DNA of 64,000 nucleotides from Phoronis australis (Eukaryota; Animalia; Phoronida): NCBI GenBank assembly GCA_002633005.1, contig NMRA01000076.1, positions 124,001 to 188,000 of the forward strand, read 5' to 3'. Shown piece by piece: positions 61,201 to 64,000 of this stretch (position 1 is its first letter; each line of letters starts with the position of its first letter). The notes under the pieces were generated by a model. It saw only the letters and a program-made list of their open reading frames with translations, ran no database searches and was not told where the DNA came from. The position numbers and the translations under genes were made by a program.

Positions 61201-63768
61201 AAAAGTACAAGTGACACAAGTGACATAGCTAATGGCAGTAGCAATATACTGGATAAGAACGGATAAGAACATTATTTAGTTCTCCAGAAACTGATTAACA
61301 TAACATAATTACATATCGTTAAGTCTATGAACTGGCACGAGATTTACTTCAACTATTTTTTGCAAGAACTCAAAACTGTGGTGTATGAACAAATGTTTGG
61401 AGTTAACTCCCCCAGCCCATTTAAGTTCTCCCTGGACTTTGTGCTTTTTTGATTTTGTACGCGCTTCAAATGCAGTTAATCTTCTGCTCACAACACTGTG
61501 ATATCAAATTCTATAGCAGAAGAGCCACTTTTGCATCTTAACTTCCTGTTGACTTATTGTCATACGTACTGGCATGGACACGGAGTTTGCAGCCATGACA
61601 TTCCAACAGGGGAGATAACCCATCTTCACCCAGACACGTGTTCAAACCCAGTGGCGCGGGGTTCTCTGCGCTCGTCGCAAAGCACATCTCCGGCACGAGT
61701 GGCAGAGAACGAGAGACAACTTCCGTTATGTCTGCGTCGACAGNTTTAGTAGAGATTCACCTGGCTTCGTCAAAGCTATGGCCAAAACTTATAAGAAAAT
61801 CTGACGCAAAATAACACCAAATCATTTGAAAATTAGCGGGAAACTTTTGCTTTAAAATTTTGACTATATTTGATAGCTGCAGTGTAACGCAAGTTCTTAA
61901 CAGTGATTGGCCGTTAATATCCTGTCAGAGAAACAGTATGTAAACACCCAAAACACATTTTCATTGAATACGTTAACATTTCTCAATGCAAGTGTCTCAC
62001 AAGTGATTGATGTAATTGAACACAGCGATGATTCCTTTGTGAATAACATATGAGGGAACTTACAAACTTCAAGGATCGGCGGAAATTCATAAAAAATTCT
62101 ACTTATTTAAGCAGTGGCAGATATCTGCACTCCTGTCCTTTGACGAAGAGCAGCAGATGAAACATAAAAACACATACAGCCTCGGAGAAATGGAGTTAGT
62201 TCTATATATACCAGAAGGGAATAACTCTGTAGCCATGCATCGCACTGTGTAAATATCAGTTGCTATGCCCAGAAGCAGAATATACCCTAAACTTCTGGAC
62301 ACTTTCACTCTTGAGACTGAAAAGTATCAGCATTCCAAAGTCACACAATAGAGACTCCAGCCTGAATTACAACAACAAAAAAGAAAGCTAAAGTCAAAAC
62401 CCAACAAATTCATGACCAGCTCCTCAGCAAGCTTTTTAAGGGATTCGCCAACACTCACGAGCTTGCAGCGCTGCGCATTGATCTTGGTGACGTTCACTGG
62501 CTCCCTCTTCTGGACATCTTCGAATTGAACTTCAGGGATGGCTAGCGCACACACGATATGAGCCCAGTTGCCGCAGGTAGTGGGCTTCAGGGCACCCCCT
62601 CTCAGCATGCATAGACAACAGCTCTACAAGAACAAGAAGCATATGAGTCAACAGAGCAAGCTGCAGCAACACTAAAGACATTCAAGTAAATGTTCCACTC
62701 ATGATTGAAAGAGACTGACCATTCTAGTAATCAGCAACTGGCTTGGCTGATCTCAAAGGTTTCCACCAAACATCAATGCAATGAGAAACAAAACATATCG
62801 AAACAAAACAAATTATTTTAGAAGAGCTTCACTTCTAAACAAAAAGGCAATTCAACAAAACATGCAAATATTAACGCTGCTAGAGAGTACGGTAACAAAA
62901 GATTATCAATCCTGCCAAGGAACGCCCTCTTTTGGCATCCTAGTCTAATACCTTCCCGGTATATTTATTTGACTTTCAGTTTCAGAGTTGCGCAATACCA
63001 ACTAGTTCTGAAAAGGACCAACTTCAGCGGTCCCAACGTTTTAAGCGATATGAGGTATCTTCCCGATCAAAAAGCTTCATCCCCGGTTAGAAACTGAAGA
63101 AGATACCGCACTACTCACCGCACTGAATGCCTGCTGTTCACACACACGACACTGCCAAGGTTCTGAAGCATCGGGACACCCATAACAACCTGTTGACGAG
63201 AGCACAGGTAAATAAAAGTCCAAAAGTACAAGAGACACAAGTGACATAACTAATGGCAGTAGCAATATACTGGATAAGAACGGATAAGAACATTATTTAG
63301 TTCTCCAGAAACTGATTAACAGGACATAATTACATATCATTAAGTCTATGAACTGACACGAGATTTACTTCAACAATTTTTTGCAAGAACTCAAAACTGT
63401 CGTGTATGAACAAATGTTTGGAGTTAACTCCCCCAGCCCATTTAAGTTCTCCCTCGACTTTGTGCTTTTTTGATTTTGTACGCGCTTCAAACGCAGTTAA
63501 TCTTCTGCTCATAACACTGTGATATCAAATTCTATAGCAGAAGAGCCACTTTTGCATCTTAACTTCCTGTTGACTTATTGTCGTACGTACTGGCATGGAC
63601 ACGGAGTTTGCAGCCATGACATTCCAACAGGGGAGATAACCCATCTTCACCCAGACACGTGTTCAAACCCAGTGGCGCGGGGTTCTCTGCGCTCGTCGCA
63701 AAGCACATCTCCGGCACGAGTGGCAGAGAACGAGAGACAACTTCCGTTATGTCTGCGTCGACAGTAGC
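55201..63768 (-). CDS. KDM4: Lysine-specific demethylase 4 (JMJD2) family, C-terminal exons (PHD1, zinc knuckle, PHD2, double Tudor); the 5' part lies beyond the right edge
   Basis: Exons 63768-63591 (PLVPEMCF…[12 protein letters not shown]), 63189-63119 (SCYG..WQCRVC), 62623-62459 ([28 protein letters not shown]) [duplicated at 61743-61570, 61168-61098, 60602-60438], 59540-59352 ([33 protein letters not shown]), 58005-57832 ([20 protein letters not shown]), 57462-57343 ([17 protein letters not shown]), 56524-56432 ([26 protein letters not shown]), 55308-55201 ([17 protein letters not shown]). Splice phases are consistent. Confidence 0.96.
59164..59283. mobile_element. 120-bp foldback element: 44-bp inverted arms around a tRNA B-box
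   Basis: Arms 59164-59207 and 59240-59283 have 3 mismatches; the spacer starts GGTTCGAGTCC. Confidence 0.75.
59682..63764. repeat. ~2.05-kb direct duplication (59682-61743 and 61745-63764) joined by a single N; probably an uncollapsed allelic overlap
   Basis: Both copies start TTTAGTAGAGATTCACCTGG and end TCTGCGTCGACAG; they differ by scattered SNPs and small indels, and the encoded KDM4 exon peptides are the same. Confidence 0.9.
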
Positions 63769-64000
63769 CTGTATCAAACAAACACCATTCAAGTAAATGT
63801 GCAGAGCTGGTCGGTGATTACATCATTCAACAAGATTTATGGTAGGTGATAATGCAGCCAGGTTAAGCACGTTAAAATCTCCCAACGTACATGCCAAAAG
63901 CATTCAGCCAAAATATTATTTCCCGGGCATGATGGCTAACCCTGTTCACAGCCCAAATTATCCTTTAGTAACTATCATGGCCTCAAAATTACAACTGCAC

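Overview
This is eukaryotic (animal, probably marine invertebrate) genomic DNA with GT-AG introns, two N gaps and several single-N contig joins, so most of the ORF track is spurious. I spliced five genes by hand with phase-consistent junctions. (1) The 5' part of a secreted VRGI-motif (ependymin/LolA-like) protein on the minus strand (<42-4017). (2) A CTR/SLC31 copper transporter on the plus strand (29242-34504). (3) RCHY1/Pirh2 E3 ligase on the minus strand (36246-45372, about 297 aa). (4) A 170-aa secreted protein made of a signal peptide, an 8-Cys SVWC (Vago/La1-like) domain and a complete 6-Cys ShK domain, on the plus strand (48446-52167); the ORF track misses it and it is the most interesting item. 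(5) The 3' half of a KDM4/JMJD2 demethylase (PHD-PHD-double Tudor) on the minus strand (55201->63768), with a ~2 kb apparent tandem duplication that is probably an uncollapsed haplotype. The 4-29 kb region is mostly transposon debris: an L1/Tx1 RT, a LINE 3' end, a TTAA-flanked Kolobok-like element with a THAP relic, Harbinger-like and Academ-like relics, and MITEs with target-site duplications. A Gypsy integrase fragment sits at 369-613. All family assignments come from motif recognition, not database searches.
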